Positions 28,572-39,795 of a DNA stretch of 64,000 nucleotides are shown one piece after another. Source of the DNA: Alphaproteobacteria bacterium (GTDB taxonomy: Bacteria; Pseudomonadota; Alphaproteobacteria; CALKHQ01). The notes under the pieces are model-generated. The model was not told where the DNA came from, ran no database searches, and saw only the letters and a program-made list of their open reading frames with translations. The stretch covers positions 3,104,001 through 3,168,000 of the forward strand of contig CBDDFZ010000001.1 of NCBI GenBank assembly GCA_965227515.1. The letters run 5' to 3'. Position 1 is the first letter of the stretch, and each line of letters starts with the position of its first letter. Both the position numbers and the translations under genes were made by a program.

Positions 28572-29945
28572 CTAAAAATATTCCAGGCGCACGGCGAACA
28601 GCTTCTCCACCTTGCGGGCGGTGCCGGTGGGCGCGAACAGCACCACCTTGTCGTTGGCGCGGAACTGGGTGCCCGGCCGGGCGATGATGATCTCGTCGTC
28701 GCGCAGCACGGCGCCGATGATGACGCCATTCGGGATCTTGGCGTCGCCCAGGGTCTGGCCGACCAGCACGGAGGTCTCCAGCGCCTCGGCCACGATCAGT
28801 TCGCCGAACCCCTCGCGCACCGAATTCACCGACAGGATGCGGCCACGCCGGATGTGCTGCAGGATCGTCGACACCGTGATCGCGCGCGGGCTGACCACGA
28901 CGTCGATGCCCAGGGTCGAAATCAGCGGCGTGTATGTCGACGCGTTGATCAGGGTCACCGCGCGCTCGCAGCCGTAGCGCTTGGCCAGTAGCGAGGCGAG
29001 GATGTTGACCTCGTCGTCGTCGGTCACCGCCACCACGGTCTCGGCGATATCGACATTGGCCTCGTCCAGGATCTCCGGGTCCAGCCCGTCGCCGTTCAGC
29101 ACCCGGATGCGGTGCAGTCGCTGTGCGACCAGTTCGGCCCGGTCGCGGTCCATCTCGATCAGCTTGGCGGAGACGCCGGGGAAGTTCTCCTCCAGGTCCT
29201 CGGCCAGGTTGAGGCCGATATTGCCGCCGCCGATGATGATCATGCGGCGCGCCTCGCGCTCCTCGTGGCCGAATGCCACCAGCGCGCGGGCCACGTGGTC
29301 GGCCTCGGAGAAGAAATAGACCAGGTCGCCCGGCAGCATCTGGTCCTTGCCGGTCGGCACGATGGGCTGGTCGTTGCGGATGATGCCGAACAGGTTGATG
29401 TGCAGGTCGGGGAACAAGGTGGTGAGCTGGCGCAACGGCGTGTTGATGACCGGGCAGTCGTCCAGCAACCGCACGCCGACCGCCCACACCTTGCCGTCGC
29501 ACAGTGGTACCACGTCGAACGCGCCGGCCACATGCAGGCGCCGGCTGATCGCCTTCGCCACCTCGCGCTCCGGCGAGATGATGACGTCGATCGGCATGTT
29601 GTCGCGGCTGAACAGGTGGGCGTGGGTCGGGTGCATGTAGCTCTGGTGCCTGATGCGCGCGATCTTGGTCGGCACGTCGAACAGGCTGTGGGCCACCTGA
29701 CAGGCCACCATGTTCACTTCGTCGGTCTGGGTGACCGCGATCAGCATCTCGCAGTCCGGCGCACCGGCGCGCTCCAGAATGGGCGGATGGGCGGCGTGGC
29801 CGACGATGCCCTGGACGTCGAGCTGGTCGGAGATCTTGGCGACCAGGTCCTCGCGCACGTCGACCACGGTCACGTCATTCTCGGTCGACAGGTAGCGGGC
29901 GATGTTGAAGCCGACCTGGCCGGCGCCGCAGACGATGACTTTCAT
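28572..29945 (-). CDS. trkA: Trk potassium uptake regulatory subunit
   Basis: Two RCK domains, GAGQVG and GGGNIG. Confidence 0.95.
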   Translation of the reverse strand: MKVIVCGAGQVGFNIARYLSTENDVTVVDVREDLVAKISDQLDVQGIVGHAAHPPILERAGAPDCEMLIAVTQTDEVNMVACQVAHSLFDVPTKIARIRHQSYMHPTHAHLFSRDNMPIDVIISPEREVAKAISRRLHVAGAFDVVPLCDGKVWAVGVRLLDDCPVINTPLRQLTTLFPDLHINLFGIIRNDQPIVPTGKDQMLPGDLVYFFSEADHVARALVAFGHEEREARRMIIIGGGNIGLNLAEDLEENFPGVSAKLIEMDRDRAELVAQRLHRIRVLNGDGLDPEILDEANVDIAETVVAVTDDDEVNILASLLAKRYGCERAVTLINASTYTPLISTLGIDVVVSPRAITVSTILQHIRRGRILSVNSVREGFGELIVAEALETSVLVGQTLGDAKIPNGVIIGAVLRDDEIIIARPGTQFRANDKVVLFAPTGTARKVEKLFAVRLEYF

Positions 29946-30002
29946 CGCGGTATCCGACGACCAAAGCGCGGTGCGCTTGGCACAGACCGACTGAGAAGCG
30001 AC

Positions 30003-31403
30003 CTACGCATCCGCCTCGTCCAGCTTGCCGCCGGCCCCGGCGACCCCTAGCGCCTTCAGCTTGCGGTGCAGCGCCGAACGCTCCATGCCCACGAAGGTGG
30101 CGGTGCGAGAGATGTTGCCGCCGAAGCGGTTGACCTGCGCGCTGAGATACTGCCGCTCGAACATCTCGCGGGCGTCGCGTAGCGGCAGCCCCATGATCTC
30201 GCCCGACTGCTCCCAGCGCAGTGCCGGCGGCGTGGCGGCGTTGATATCCGGCGGCAGCATATCGGCGCGGATCGGGTCGCGCGGCCGCCCCGGCGCCATG
30301 ATCAGCAGCCAGTCGACCACGTTGCGGAGCTGGCGCACGTTGCCCGGCCACTCATAGGATTGCAGGGCCGCCATCGCATCCTCGCCGAACTCACGCGGCG
30401 CGGTGCCGGCGGCAGCGGCGGAGGTGGCCATAAAGTGCTGTGCGAGCATCGGAATGTCGTCACGGCGGGCGACCAGCGGCGGCACCGTGATCGGCACCAC
30501 GTTCAGGCGGTAGTACAGGTCCTCGCGCAAATTGCCGCTGGACATCGCGGTGTTGAGGTCGCGGTTCGACGACGCGATCACCCGCACATCCACCTGCACG
30601 CGGATGTTGCCGCCGACCCGCTCGAACGACTGGTCCTGCAGCACCCGCACGATCTTGCCCTGGGTTTCCAGCGGCATGTCGGCGATTTCGTCCAGCAGCA
30701 ATGTGCCGCCATGGGCGCGCTCGAAGGTGCCTATTTTGCGCAGCCCCTCGCCCGCGTCCTCCTCGCCGAACAACTCGGTCTCCAGCCGCTCGGGACTGAG
30801 CGTGGCGCAGTTCAACACCACGAAGGGCCCCGCCGCGCGGCGCGAGCATTGGTGCAGCAGGCGGGCCACCACCTCCTTGCCCGACCCGGGCTGGCCGGTG
30901 ATCAGCACGCGGCTGCCGGTCGGCGCCACCCGCTGGATGGCCTGGCGCAATTGATTGGCATGGTTGGAGTTGCCGATCAGCTCCGGCTCGGCGCCGGCGC
31001 GCATCTTCAGCTCCTCGTTCTCCGCGCGCAGGCGGGCCGCTTCCATGGCGCGCTCGACGATCAGCAGCAGGCGGTCGGTCTTGAACGGCTTCTCGATGAA
31101 GTCGTAGGCACCCTTCTTGATGGCCGCCACCGCGGTCTCAATGGAGCCGTGGCCGGAGATCATCACCACCGGCAGGTTCGGGTGCTCGCGCATGACGACA
31201 TCGAGCAATTGAAGCCCGTCCATCTGGCTGCCCTCCAGCCAGATATCCAGGATCAGCAAGCTCGGTTGGCGGGCACGGATGGCTTGCAGCGCGCTTTCGC
31301 CGTCGCTGGCTTCGCGCGTCTCATAGCCTTCGTCTTCCAGTGTGCCTGCAATCAGCAGGCGAATGTCCGCCTCGTCATCGACGATCAGAATATCGCGGGC
31401 CAT
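30003..31403 (-). CDS. ntrX: Response regulator NtrX
   Basis: Receiver + AAA+ lacking GAFTGA + HTH; downstream of ntrY. Confidence 0.93.
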   Translation of the reverse strand: MARDILIVDDEADIRLLIAGTLEDEGYETREASDGESALQAIRARQPSLLILDIWLEGSQMDGLQLLDVVMREHPNLPVVMISGHGSIETAVAAIKKGAYDFIEKPFKTDRLLLIVERAMEAARLRAENEELKMRAGAEPELIGNSNHANQLRQAIQRVAPTGSRVLITGQPGSGKEVVARLLHQCSRRAAGPFVVLNCATLSPERLETELFGEEDAGEGLRKIGTFERAHGGTLLLDEIADMPLETQGKIVRVLQDQSFERVGGNIRVQVDVRVIASSNRDLNTAMSSGNLREDLYYRLNVVPITVPPLVARRDDIPMLAQHFMATSAAAAGTAPREFGEDAMAALQSYEWPGNVRQLRNVVDWLLIMAPGRPRDPIRADMLPPDINAATPPALRWEQSGEIMGLPLRDAREMFERQYLSAQVNRFGGNISRTATFVGMERSALHRKLKALGVAGAGGKLDEADA

Positions 31404-31611
31404 ACCTCGGGATCGGCCTGTATCTCGGTGTTACGTGGTCAAAGCTGCCTGCGCTCCGATCCCGATGGTCGCGCGGGCCTTCAGGCCAAGGCGCGGCCAC
31501 CCGGAGGTCCGAGCGACGGAATCGGGGGCGACACTAGCATGATATGGAACCGCGTGTGCGCACTGGATTGTCGCGATTGATGTCTGGGGTCGCGGGCCGC
31601 GCAACCGCAGC

Positions 31612-33933
31612 TCAGGCGCCGCCGGCCGCCCGATCCGGATCGTCGGCCTGGCCGTCATTGGCGGCACTTGGCGCGTCTCCGGGCGCAGGCGGCTCGCTTG
31701 CCGGGTCGGCGGCGGATGGCGCGGCAGCCGCGGCGGCCGTCGCCAGGGTCAGGCGCACGTGCGCGCCGCCGCCCGGCCGGTCGCTGAGCGAGATCGCGCC
31801 CTGGTGGTCCTCCATGATCCGTTTGACGATGGCGAGCCCAAGGCCGGTGCCCTTCTCCCGCGTCGTGACATAGGGCTCGGTCAGCCGTTCGCGGTTCTGC
31901 GACGGCAGCCCGCAGCCGTTGTCGGCGATGTCGATGACCACGGTCTCGCCTTCGATATGGGTGGAGATCTCCACTCGGCCCGGCACCTCCGCGGCCTCCC
32001 CGGTTCGCATGTCGATGGCGTTGATCGCGTTTTGCAGCAGGTTGGTCACCGCCTGCCCGATCAATTGCGGATCGCACACTGCGTGCAGCGGCTTGTCCGG
32101 CGGCTCGTAGGCGAAGGTGACCGCCGGGTGCGCGGTCCGCTGCAGCACCACCGACTGGATGCACACGGTGCGGATGTCGACCTTCTTCATGGTCGGTGTC
32201 GGCATCCGGGCGAAGGACGAGAACTCGTCGACCATGCGCCTCAGGTCGTCGACCTGGCGGACGATGGTATCGGTGCACAGCGCGAAGGTCTGCGGGTCGT
32301 CCTCGATCTGGCGTAGGTACTTGCGCTTCAGGCGCTCGGCGGAAAGCTGGATCGGCGTCAGCGGGTTCTTGATCTCATGGGCGATGCGGCGGGCCACGTC
32401 CGCCCAGGCGGCCTTGCGCTGTGCGGCGCCCAGCTCGGTGATGTCGTCGATGGTGACAACGAAGCCGACGATCTCGGTCCCCATCATCTCCGTCGCCACC
32501 CGGATCACCAGGGACCGCGGGCCGCCATCGTGGTCGAGCTGCAAATGCGCCTCGACCACGCGCCCGCGCCGCCGCCGCGCCTTGGCCAGCACGTCCGCCA
32601 TCTCCGGCACCGCATCGGCCAGCCGCGCGCCGCGCAGATCGGCGGCCGACAGGTCCAAGATGTCCTCGGCCGCCTTGTTGGCCAAGTGGACGGCACCGGC
32701 CTTGTCGAGCCCGATAACGCCGGCGGTCACGCCCGAGAGCACGGCCTCGGTGAACCTCCGCCGCCGGTCGATCAACTCGTTGGCGGCGACGAGCTCGTTG
32801 CGCTGCATGGAAAGCTGGTCGGTCATGCGGTTGAACGCGCGGCTCAGCGAGCCCAGCTCGTCGTCGTCGCCATGGTCGGCGACCCGGGCCGACAGGTCGC
32901 CGCTGCGCACCCGCTCGGCAGCACCAATCAGCGCACTGATCGGGCGCACCAGCTTGGTCGCGAAGGCCAGGCCCAGCAGGACGGCGGTGAACAGCAGCAG
33001 CAGCGCCAGCACCACGAAGATGATGGCGAAAGTGATCTGCACGTCCGACATGCGGCCTTCGATGTACTGGTATTCGTTGACGGCCTGCCGGGTCTGCTCG
33101 ATGTGGCGGACGACTTGCGGGTCGACCGCGCGGCCGACGTAGAGATAGGCGTCCTGCAACGCGACCAGCTTGATCAGCGCGCGCACGCGATCCTGCTCGG
33201 TCGTCAGCACCACCACCCCGCCGTCTTCGGCGCGCGCCAGCACATCGGCCGGCAGGTTCGCTGGGTCCAGGTCGCTGCGCTCGGCCAAGTCGACGGTGCT
33301 GAGGAGATTGCCTTCGGTGTCGAAGACGATGGCCTCGGGCAGGCTGCGCATACGGCCCTGGGCGACGACGAACTCGCCGAACCGCTGCGGATCCTCCGCC
33401 GCCAGGGATGCGGCCCGGTTCAGGTCGGTCGCCATCGCCACGACATCGGCACGGATCAGTTGCTGGTGCTCGTGCAGGTAGGCCTCGGCGACCGCCAGCG
33501 AGGTCTGGACCGCGGTGCTGACCCGCTCGGAGAACCACGACTGCATGCCGAACGTGACCAGCAGCATGGAGAAGATGGCAACGACCACGGTCGGTGCGAT
33601 CGCCAGCATGCCGAACCGCGCGACCAGGCGGCTGTGCAGCCGCGACCCCGCCGTCCCGCGGCGCCGCGCGCTCCAGATGTGAACGAGGTTGATGGCGATG
33701 GTGCCGCCCAGCGCCAGCACCACGACCAGGTCGACATTGAGCAGGACGAACACCGCACCCGGCGACGCATCGAACGGCGGCAGGCCGGCGAAAGCCAGAT
33801 AGGTCAGGATGGCGCAGCAGATCGCCAGTATGAACAGGACGAAGGCGGCAACCTTGCTGGTCGCAAGGCGCCCGAGCACGGCAAGGGCCGTGCGCCATCT
33901 GCTGCTGGCCGGAGCCACCGCGTCCGAGGTCAT
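31612..33933 (-). CDS. ntrY: Sensor kinase NtrY
   Basis: TMs, HAMP, PAS, AW.DVARRIAHEIKNPLTPIQL. Confidence 0.93.
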   Translation of the reverse strand: MTSDAVAPASSRWRTALAVLGRLATSKVAAFVLFILAICCAILTYLAFAGLPPFDASPGAVFVLLNVDLVVVLALGGTIAINLVHIWSARRRGTAGSRLHSRLVARFGMLAIAPTVVVAIFSMLLVTFGMQSWFSERVSTAVQTSLAVAEAYLHEHQQLIRADVVAMATDLNRAASLAAEDPQRFGEFVVAQGRMRSLPEAIVFDTEGNLLSTVDLAERSDLDPANLPADVLARAEDGGVVVLTTEQDRVRALIKLVALQDAYLYVGRAVDPQVVRHIEQTRQAVNEYQYIEGRMSDVQITFAIIFVVLALLLLFTAVLLGLAFATKLVRPISALIGAAERVRSGDLSARVADHGDDDELGSLSRAFNRMTDQLSMQRNELVAANELIDRRRRFTEAVLSGVTAGVIGLDKAGAVHLANKAAEDILDLSAADLRGARLADAVPEMADVLAKARRRRGRVVEAHLQLDHDGGPRSLVIRVATEMMGTEIVGFVVTIDDITELGAAQRKAAWADVARRIAHEIKNPLTPIQLSAERLKRKYLRQIEDDPQTFALCTDTIVRQVDDLRRMVDEFSSFARMPTPTMKKVDIRTVCIQSVVLQRTAHPAVTFAYEPPDKPLHAVCDPQLIGQAVTNLLQNAINAIDMRTGEAAEVPGRVEISTHIEGETVVIDIADNGCGLPSQNRERLTEPYVTTREKGTGLGLAIVKRIMEDHQGAISLSDRPGGGAHVRLTLATAAAAAAPSAADPASEPPAPGDAPSAANDGQADDPDRAAGGA

Positions 33934-33985
33934 CGCCTATCCAATTGGCCGCGCCGCGCGGCGCAGACACTGCGGATCAGTTAGC

Positions 33986-35455
33986 TCAGTTTACCTTGCG
34001 GACAACTTCGATGTCCAACTCGCGGATCTTCTTGCGCAATGTGTTGCGGTTGAGGCCGAGCATGCGCGCCGCCTTGATCTGATTGCCCTGGGTAGCGGCC
34101 AGGGTCAGCTCGATCAGCGGGCGCTCGACCTCGCGAACGATGCGGCTGTGCAGGTCGCCCTCGCTGCCGTCGTCGCTGTTGGCGGCCAGCAGTTGCTCGA
34201 CATGGCTTGCCACCGCATCGCCAAGGCTGGGCGGCTCGGCGGCATTGGCGTGCACCACCGGCGCGGTCTGGCTGTCGCTCAACTCGGCCTGGATCGCGTC
34301 AATCCCGATCACCTCGTCCGGATATAGCACCGCCAGGCGCTGGATCAGGTTCTCCAGCTCGCGCACGTTACCCGGCCAGTTGTAGGACCGCAGCCGCGCC
34401 ATTGCGCGCTCGTCGACGGTGCGGGCCGGGGCGCCGTTCATCGCCGCCTTCTCGAAGAAATGGCGCACCAGGGCCGGAATGTCGTCCTTGCGCTCGCGCA
34501 GCGGGGGCAGCCGGATCGGCACCACGTTCAGACGGTAGAACAGGTCCTCGCGGAAGATGCCCTGGCGCACCAATTGGCGCAGATCGCGGTGTGTGGCGGC
34601 GACGATGCGGACGTTGGCCTTGATCGGCTTGCGCCCGCCAACGGTGGTGAACTCGCCCTCCTGCAGCACGCGCAGCAGGCGGGTCTGCGCCTCCAGCGGC
34701 ATGTCGCCGATCTCGTCCAGGAACAGCGTGCCGCCGCGTGCCTGCTCGAAACGGCCGGCATAGCGCTGCGCGGCCCCGGTGAAGGCCCCGCGCTCGTGCC
34801 CGAACAGCTCGCTCTCGATCAGGTCGCGCGCGATCGCCGCCATGTTGATGGCGACGAAGGGCGCGTCGGCGCGCTTGCCGTAGTCGTGCAGCGCGCGGGC
34901 GACCAGCTCCTTGCCGGTGCCGGATTCGCCGGTCAGCATCACCGTCAGGTCCGACCCCATCAGCCGGGCGAGCACGCGATAGATTTCCTGCATCGCGGTC
35001 GAGCGGCCGATCAGCGGCAGCTTGTCCAAATCCTCGTCGCCGGCCCCTGCCGGCATCGGCTCGTCGGTCGTCGGCGCCCGCGGCCCGGGCGCATTCAGCG
35101 CCCTCTCAACGGTGTCCAGCAACTCGTTGAGATCAAAAGGCTTAGGCAGGTATTCGAATGCCCCCTTCTCGGCCGCCCGCACGGCGGTCATCAGGGTCGA
35201 CTGCGCGCTCATCACCAGCACCCTGAGCTTGGGCCGCACCGACCTGATGCGGGGCAACAGGTCGAGCCCATTGCCGTCGGGCATGAACACGTCGGTGATC
35301 ACCAGGTCGCCATCGCCCTGGGCCACCCACTGCCAGAGTTGCGATGCGGCGCCGGTCGACCGCACGTCGTGGCCGAGCTGCGACAGTGCCCGGTTGAGCA
35401 CGGTTCGTATGGCGCGGTCGTCGTCGGCGATCAGAATGGTGGCGGGTTTGGTCAT
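33986..35455 (-). CDS. ntrC: Nitrogen regulation protein NR(I)
   Basis: Receiver, [32 protein letters not shown]. Confidence 0.96.
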   Translation of the reverse strand: MTKPATILIADDDRAIRTVLNRALSQLGHDVRSTGAASQLWQWVAQGDGDLVITDVFMPDGNGLDLLPRIRSVRPKLRVLVMSAQSTLMTAVRAAEKGAFEYLPKPFDLNELLDTVERALNAPGPRAPTTDEPMPAGAGDEDLDKLPLIGRSTAMQEIYRVLARLMGSDLTVMLTGESGTGKELVARALHDYGKRADAPFVAINMAAIARDLIESELFGHERGAFTGAAQRYAGRFEQARGGTLFLDEIGDMPLEAQTRLLRVLQEGEFTTVGGRKPIKANVRIVAATHRDLRQLVRQGIFREDLFYRLNVVPIRLPPLRERKDDIPALVRHFFEKAAMNGAPARTVDERAMARLRSYNWPGNVRELENLIQRLAVLYPDEVIGIDAIQAELSDSQTAPVVHANAAEPPSLGDAVASHVEQLLAANSDDGSEGDLHSRIVREVERPLIELTLAATQGNQIKAARMLGLNRNTLRKKIRELDIEVVRKVN

Positions 35456-35459
35456 GTGT

Positions 35460-36587
35460 TCATTCCTGAACGGTGGCAACCGCCTCGCGGTGCGCCGTCG
35501 CGTTGCTTGAGTCCGCGATCGGCAACATCACGCGGAAAACGGTGCCGCGCGACGTCGAGTCGAACTCGATCATCGCGCCGTGGTCCTGCACCACCTTGGC
35601 CACCAGCGCCAGGCCGAGGCCGCTGCCCCGGTTCTTGGTCGAGACGAATGGCTCGAACAGATGCTGGTGCATGTCGTCTGGAATGCCCGGCCCGTTGTCG
35701 CGCACGCTGACCACCATCGGCAGGTTCAGGCGGCTGTCGGTCCCGGGCACCACGACCCTGAGGCCGTGCTGGAACTTGGTCGCCAGGTCGATCTCGCAGA
35801 TCTCTTCCTCGCAGGATTCGACGGCGTTCTTGACCAGGTTCAGGAACAGTTGGACCAGCGCATCGTGGTTGCCGAATGCCGGTGGCAGCGACGGGTCGAA
35901 CGACATGGTGAAGCGTGCGCTGCGGCCGAAGCCGGCGCGCGCGACGTTGCAGACGTGGTTCAGGATGCGGTGGATGTTGACCGGCATCCGATCCAGCGGC
36001 CGCCCCTCCGAGAACGCCTCCATCCGCTCGATCAGCCCGACGATGCGGTCGGTCTCGTCGCAGATCAGCCGGGTGAGCTGACGGTCGCCCTGGCTGGCAC
36101 TGCGCTCCAGCAGTTGTGCCGCGCCACGGATGCCCGACAGCGGGTTCTTGACCTCGTGGGCCATCAGCGCCGCCATCGCCGACACCGACCGGGCGGCGCC
36201 GCGATGGCTGAGCTGACGCTCGACCGCGCGGGTCATGGCATGTTGGTGCAAGGATATGGCAATCTCGCCGTTCATGTCGGAAAGTGGCGTTACTTGGGCC
36301 GCCACCTCGTGCCGTCCGATACGAGGTGACTCCAGCGTCAGCCCGTGGTCTGCAAGGCCGATGCCACTCGAACGCGCCTGGTTGATCAGGGCGAACAGGG
36401 GATTGTCCGAAGGGATGAACTCGCTTAACGGCCGGGTGTGCAGCAAGGCTGCGCCGGCGCACAGAAACTGCTCCGCCGCCATGTTGGCGAACGTCACGCA
36501 GTCTTCCGGATCTATGGTCAGCACCGGGTCCGGCAGAGCATTCAGCAATGCCGTGCCAACCCGGCCATCCGCCTGGATGTTTCCCAC
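35460..36587 (-). CDS. ntrB: Nitrogen regulation sensor kinase NR(II); start approximate
   Basis: [32 protein letters not shown]. Confidence 0.93.
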   Translation of the reverse strand: MGNIQADGRVGTALLNALPDPVLTIDPEDCVTFANMAAEQFLCAGAALLHTRPLSEFIPSDNPLFALINQARSSGIGLADHGLTLESPRIGRHEVAAQVTPLSDMNGEIAISLHQHAMTRAVERQLSHRGAARSVSAMAALMAHEVKNPLSGIRGAAQLLERSASQGDRQLTRLICDETDRIVGLIERMEAFSEGRPLDRMPVNIHRILNHVCNVARAGFGRSARFTMSFDPSLPPAFGNHDALVQLFLNLVKNAVESCEEEICEIDLATKFQHGLRVVVPGTDSRLNLPMVVSVRDNGPGIPDDMHQHLFEPFVSTKNRGSGLGLALVAKVVQDHGAMIEFDSTSRGTVFRVMLPIADSSNATAHREAVATVQE

Positions 36588-36654
36588 TACGCGCGTCAGA
36601 ACCCGAACTCCCCCACCCGGACCCCGCGTCGCCCCCGCAACCGGGGTCGGCTGC

Positions 36655-36699
36655 TGCCTAAAAACTAGGCAAATTTCCAGATTGCATAATTTATTTGCA
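36655..36699. promoter_or_regulatory. Tandem NtrC-type binding sites
   Basis: TGCCT-N7-AGGCA (36655-36671) and TGCAT-N7-TTGCA (36683-36699) upstream of ntrB. Confidence 0.6.
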
Positions 36700-36779
36700 T
36701 TACAGTCTTTTTGCAAGCGCACAAAATGCGCGGCTGGATTTGTGCAGCGCACCCAAACGCATGTGGATAGCGGCTGGCC

Positions 36780-37985
36780 GTGACCTGCATTGCCCTGATT
36801 GTCGCCGGCGGTCGCGGCAGCCGCGCCGGTGGCGCTTCTCCAAAGCAGTATCAGAGCCTGAACGGCGCGACGGTGCTGGCGCAGACCGTGCGCCGGTTCC
36901 TGGGGCACCCGTCGATCGACGATGTCTGTGTGGTGATCCACCCAGATGACCGGACCGCCTATGACGCTGCGGTGCAGGACCTCGATCTCATGGCGCCGGT
37001 GCTCGGCGGGGCGACGCGCCAGGAGTCCGTGCTCAACGGACTGCGCGCGCTGAAAGGCGCGGCCCCCGACCTGGTGGCGATCCACGATGCGGCACGCCCC
37101 TTCGTGTCCGCCGACACCATCGCTCGCACCGTCGAGGCGGCGCGTCAGCACGGCGGGGCCATTGCCGCGGTGCCGGTGAGCGATACCCTGAAGCGCGGTA
37201 CGTCAGAGGCCGGGATCGCCGGCACCGTTGACCGAGAGGGGCTGTGGCAGGCGCAGACGCCGCAAGTGTTCGGCTTCAAGTCGATTCTGGCGGCGCACGA
37301 GGCCCATGCCGGCGAAGCGCTGACCGACGACGCGGCAGTGGCCGAGCGGGCCGGCATGGCGGTATTCCTGGTCAGCGATGACCGCGACAACTTCAAGATC
37401 ACGACGGCGGCCGACCTTGAACGCGCCCGGCAGGTGGTGGCGCCGGTGACGAAAGCCGGCGGGCCGCCGGTGCCCGATGTCATGCCGGGGGAGACCCGGG
37501 TCGGCAACGGCTTCGACGTGCACGGTTTCGGCCCGGCCGACGGCCAAGGCAGCGTGCGGCTGTGCGGTGTCGACGTCCCCCACGACCGCCCCCTCGCCGG
37601 CCATTCCGACGCCGACGTGGCATTGCATGCGGTGACCGACGCCATCCTCGGCGCGGTCGCGGCCGGCGATATCGGCGCGCACTTTCCGCCCGGCGATGCC
37701 CGGTGGCGCGGCGTTGCCTCGCAGCATTTCGTGATCCACGCCAAGTCGCTGGCGGCGGCCGAGGGCTTCGTGGTGCGCCACGTCGACGTCACCATCATCT
37801 GCGAGCGGCCGAAGGTCGGGCCCCATCGCGCGGCGATGCAGCAGGCGCTGGCGGCGATGCTGGACCTGGCGCCGAGCCGGGTCAGCGTGAAAGCCACGAC
37901 CACCGAGAAGCTTGGCTTTCTGGGCCGGGGAGAAGGCATCGCGGCGATGGCGACAGCCACCCTGGTGGCGACGGCCGACACATGA
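36780..37985 (+). CDS. ispDF: Bifunctional IspD/IspF
   Basis: AGG.GSR...PKQY, HDAARP, QTPQ; G.GFDVH, GHSDADV.LHA, KATTTEKLG. Confidence 0.95.
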   Translation: MTCIALIVAGGRGSRAGGASPKQYQSLNGATVLAQTVRRFLGHPSIDDVCVVIHPDDRTAYDAAVQDLDLMAPVLGGATRQESVLNGLRALKGAAPDLVAIHDAARPFVSADTIARTVEAARQHGGAIAAVPVSDTLKRGTSEAGIAGTVDREGLWQAQTPQVFGFKSILAAHEAHAGEALTDDAAVAERAGMAVFLVSDDRDNFKITTAADLERARQVVAPVTKAGGPPVPDVMPGETRVGNGFDVHGFGPADGQGSVRLCGVDVPHDRPLAGHSDADVALHAVTDAILGAVAAGDIGAHFPPGDARWRGVASQHFVIHAKSLAAAEGFVVRHVDVTIICERPKVGPHRAAMQQALAAMLDLAPSRVSVKATTTEKLGFLGRGEGIAAMATATLVATADT

Positions 37986-37998
37986 GCATGCCGTGCGG

Positions 37999-38475
37999 AT
38001 GAGCCTGCCCACCCTGCTCGCCACCTGGTTCGGCGCCGGCCTGGCACCACGTGCGCCGGGGACCTGGGGGTCGTTGGCGGCGGCTGTCATGGCGTGGCCG
38101 ATCCAGTTTTGGCTCGGCTGGGTCGGGTTGCTGGTGGCCGCGGTGGCGGTGTTCGGTGTCGGCATCTGGGCCGCCGAACGCGATGCCGCGCGGACCGGGC
38201 TGAAGGACGACGGGCGCATCGTCATCGACGAGGTCGCCGGCCAGTGGATCGCGCTTCTGCCCGCCTGCGCCGACTGGCGGCTGTTTGTTCTGGGGTTCGT
38301 GGCCTTCCGCCTGTTCGACATCCTGAAGCCGTGGCCGGTGTCGTGGGCCGACCGGCATGTCAGTGGCGGCCTGGGGGTGATGCTGGACGACGTGCTGGCC
38401 GGCATCTATGCCGCTATCGTGGTCGTCGCTGTTGCCTGGAGTTTCTCGCTATGTCCGTTCTCGACGACGACCTGA
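37999..38475 (+). CDS. pgpA: Phosphatidylglycerophosphatase A
   Basis: APGTWGS, IVIDEVAG, FRLFDILKPWP, GVMLDD. Confidence 0.93.
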   Translation: MSLPTLLATWFGAGLAPRAPGTWGSLAAAVMAWPIQFWLGWVGLLVAAVAVFGVGIWAAERDAARTGLKDDGRIVIDEVAGQWIALLPACADWRLFVLGFVAFRLFDILKPWPVSWADRHVSGGLGVMLDDVLAGIYAAIVVVAVAWSFSLCPFSTTT

Positions 38476-38957
38476 TCGCTGCCGCGACGGCAACGCTGAC
38501 GGCCCTGCGAGGGGCTGCGGCGACACTCGCGACCGCTGAATCCTGCACCGGCGGCCTGATCGCTGGTGCGATGACCGAAATTGCCGGCAGTTCCGATGTC
38601 GTTTGCTGCGGGTTCGTGACCTATTCGAACGCTGCCAAGACCGCGATGCTGGGAGTGCCGGAGGATATGCTGGCGGCACACGGCGCCGTCAGCGAACCGG
38701 TGGCGCGGGCCATGGTGGCGGGCGCCCTGTCGCGTGGCGACGTTGGCATTGCCGTGTCTTGCACCGGCATCGCCGGCCCTGGCGGTGCGACCGACACCAA
38801 GCCGGTCGGCCTGGTCTACATCGGCTGCGGCCGCGCCGGCGGCGTTATCGACGTCGCGGAACACCGCTTCGACGGCGACCGCGCTGCCGTCAGGCGACAG
38901 ACGGTTCTGGCCGCCCTGGCCATGGTGCGGCGCGCGTGCGGCGCAGACGCGCTATAG
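38451..38957 (+). CDS. CinA/PncC family protein
   Basis: TAESCTGG, VTYSN.AK, TGIAGPGG..KPVG. Confidence 0.92.
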   Translation: MSVLDDDLIAAATATLTALRGAAATLATAESCTGGLIAGAMTEIAGSSDVVCCGFVTYSNAAKTAMLGVPEDMLAAHGAVSEPVARAMVAGALSRGDVGIAVSCTGIAGPGGATDTKPVGLVYIGCGRAGGVIDVAEHRFDGDRAAVRRQTVLAALAMVRRACGADAL

Positions 38958-39677
38958 CTCCGGCAATCTGCCATAGGCGGTGACCAGGGCGTGCATCGGA
39001 TGGCCGGCGCGGTCGGCATAGCGCGCGAGCATCGTTTGCCAGTGGCCCGCCACCTCGAACAGATGCGCCGGGTGGTCCAGCGGCCGGTTGGGCAGCGCGC
39101 GCAACAGGTCCACCGCGACATCGGGCGCGAGGCCCGACGTGTCGTCCACCATGCGGTCCACATAGACCGAGCTTTGCTTGTAGAAGGACAGTGCGGCGAG
39201 CAGCAGGCCACAGATCTCTGCCGCCGCCGCTGGCGTGTTGAGGACCAGGTTGATGCGGTCGAAGAGTTGCGTGCGGTTGGCGCTGTCCAGCAGCACGCAG
39301 TAGGCCGCGTCGTCCATGCCGTCACTGGCCCCTGCCCCCTGGATGCGGCGCACGAAGAACAGCACCCGGCTGGGGCGGACCAGCGCCTCCGGCGACAGAG
39401 CCGCCAGAATGCGCTCGCTGGCCTGGTACGGTTGCAGGCTGACCGGGCGGGCCACCGACTGCAGCACCACGCCATGGCGCGCGCCGTCGTCGATCAGCTC
39501 GATGCCGGCGGAACCGAGGGCCGCCTCGATGGCCCTTAGCGTGCTTGTCCTCGGGTCGCCGACCCCGCGCTCGACGTTGTTGAGGGTGGCCAGCGACACA
39601 CCGCTCGCCCGCGCCAGATCGCTCTGCCGCACGTTGAGAAGGCTGCGGGCGGCACGTATTTGACCTGAGGAAATCAT
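38952..39677 (-). CDS. XRE-family HTH protein with unknown C-terminal domain
   Basis: QIRAARSLL...QSDLARASGVS..TLNNVERG. Confidence 0.8.
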   Translation of the reverse strand: MISSGQIRAARSLLNVRQSDLARASGVSLATLNNVERGVGDPRTSTLRAIEAALGSAGIELIDDGARHGVVLQSVARPVSLQPYQASERILAALSPEALVRPSRVLFFVRRIQGAGASDGMDDAAYCVLLDSANRTQLFDRINLVLNTPAAAAEICGLLLAALSFYKQSSVYVDRMVDDTSGLAPDVAVDLLRALPNRPLDHPAHLFEVAGHWQTMLARYADRAGHPMHALVTAYGRLPEL

Positions 39678-39795
39678 TACCAGACCTAATTCGGTGCGGA
39701 TCGCACAATACGATCCGACGTGAATTATGGATTATGCGTAATTATTATGAGAGGCAAGCGCTAAACTAGGCATCAGCACCAATTCGGTGCGTCGG

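Noticed and set aside
26993-29502. Apparent long 578-aa and 605-aa ORFs
   Set aside because: Upstream extensions overlap trkA and dat; real starts are 27688 and 28557
39695-39750. dif-like words (GATCGCACAA, TTATG)
   Set aside because: No 11-6-11 geometry; more likely a promoter/operator
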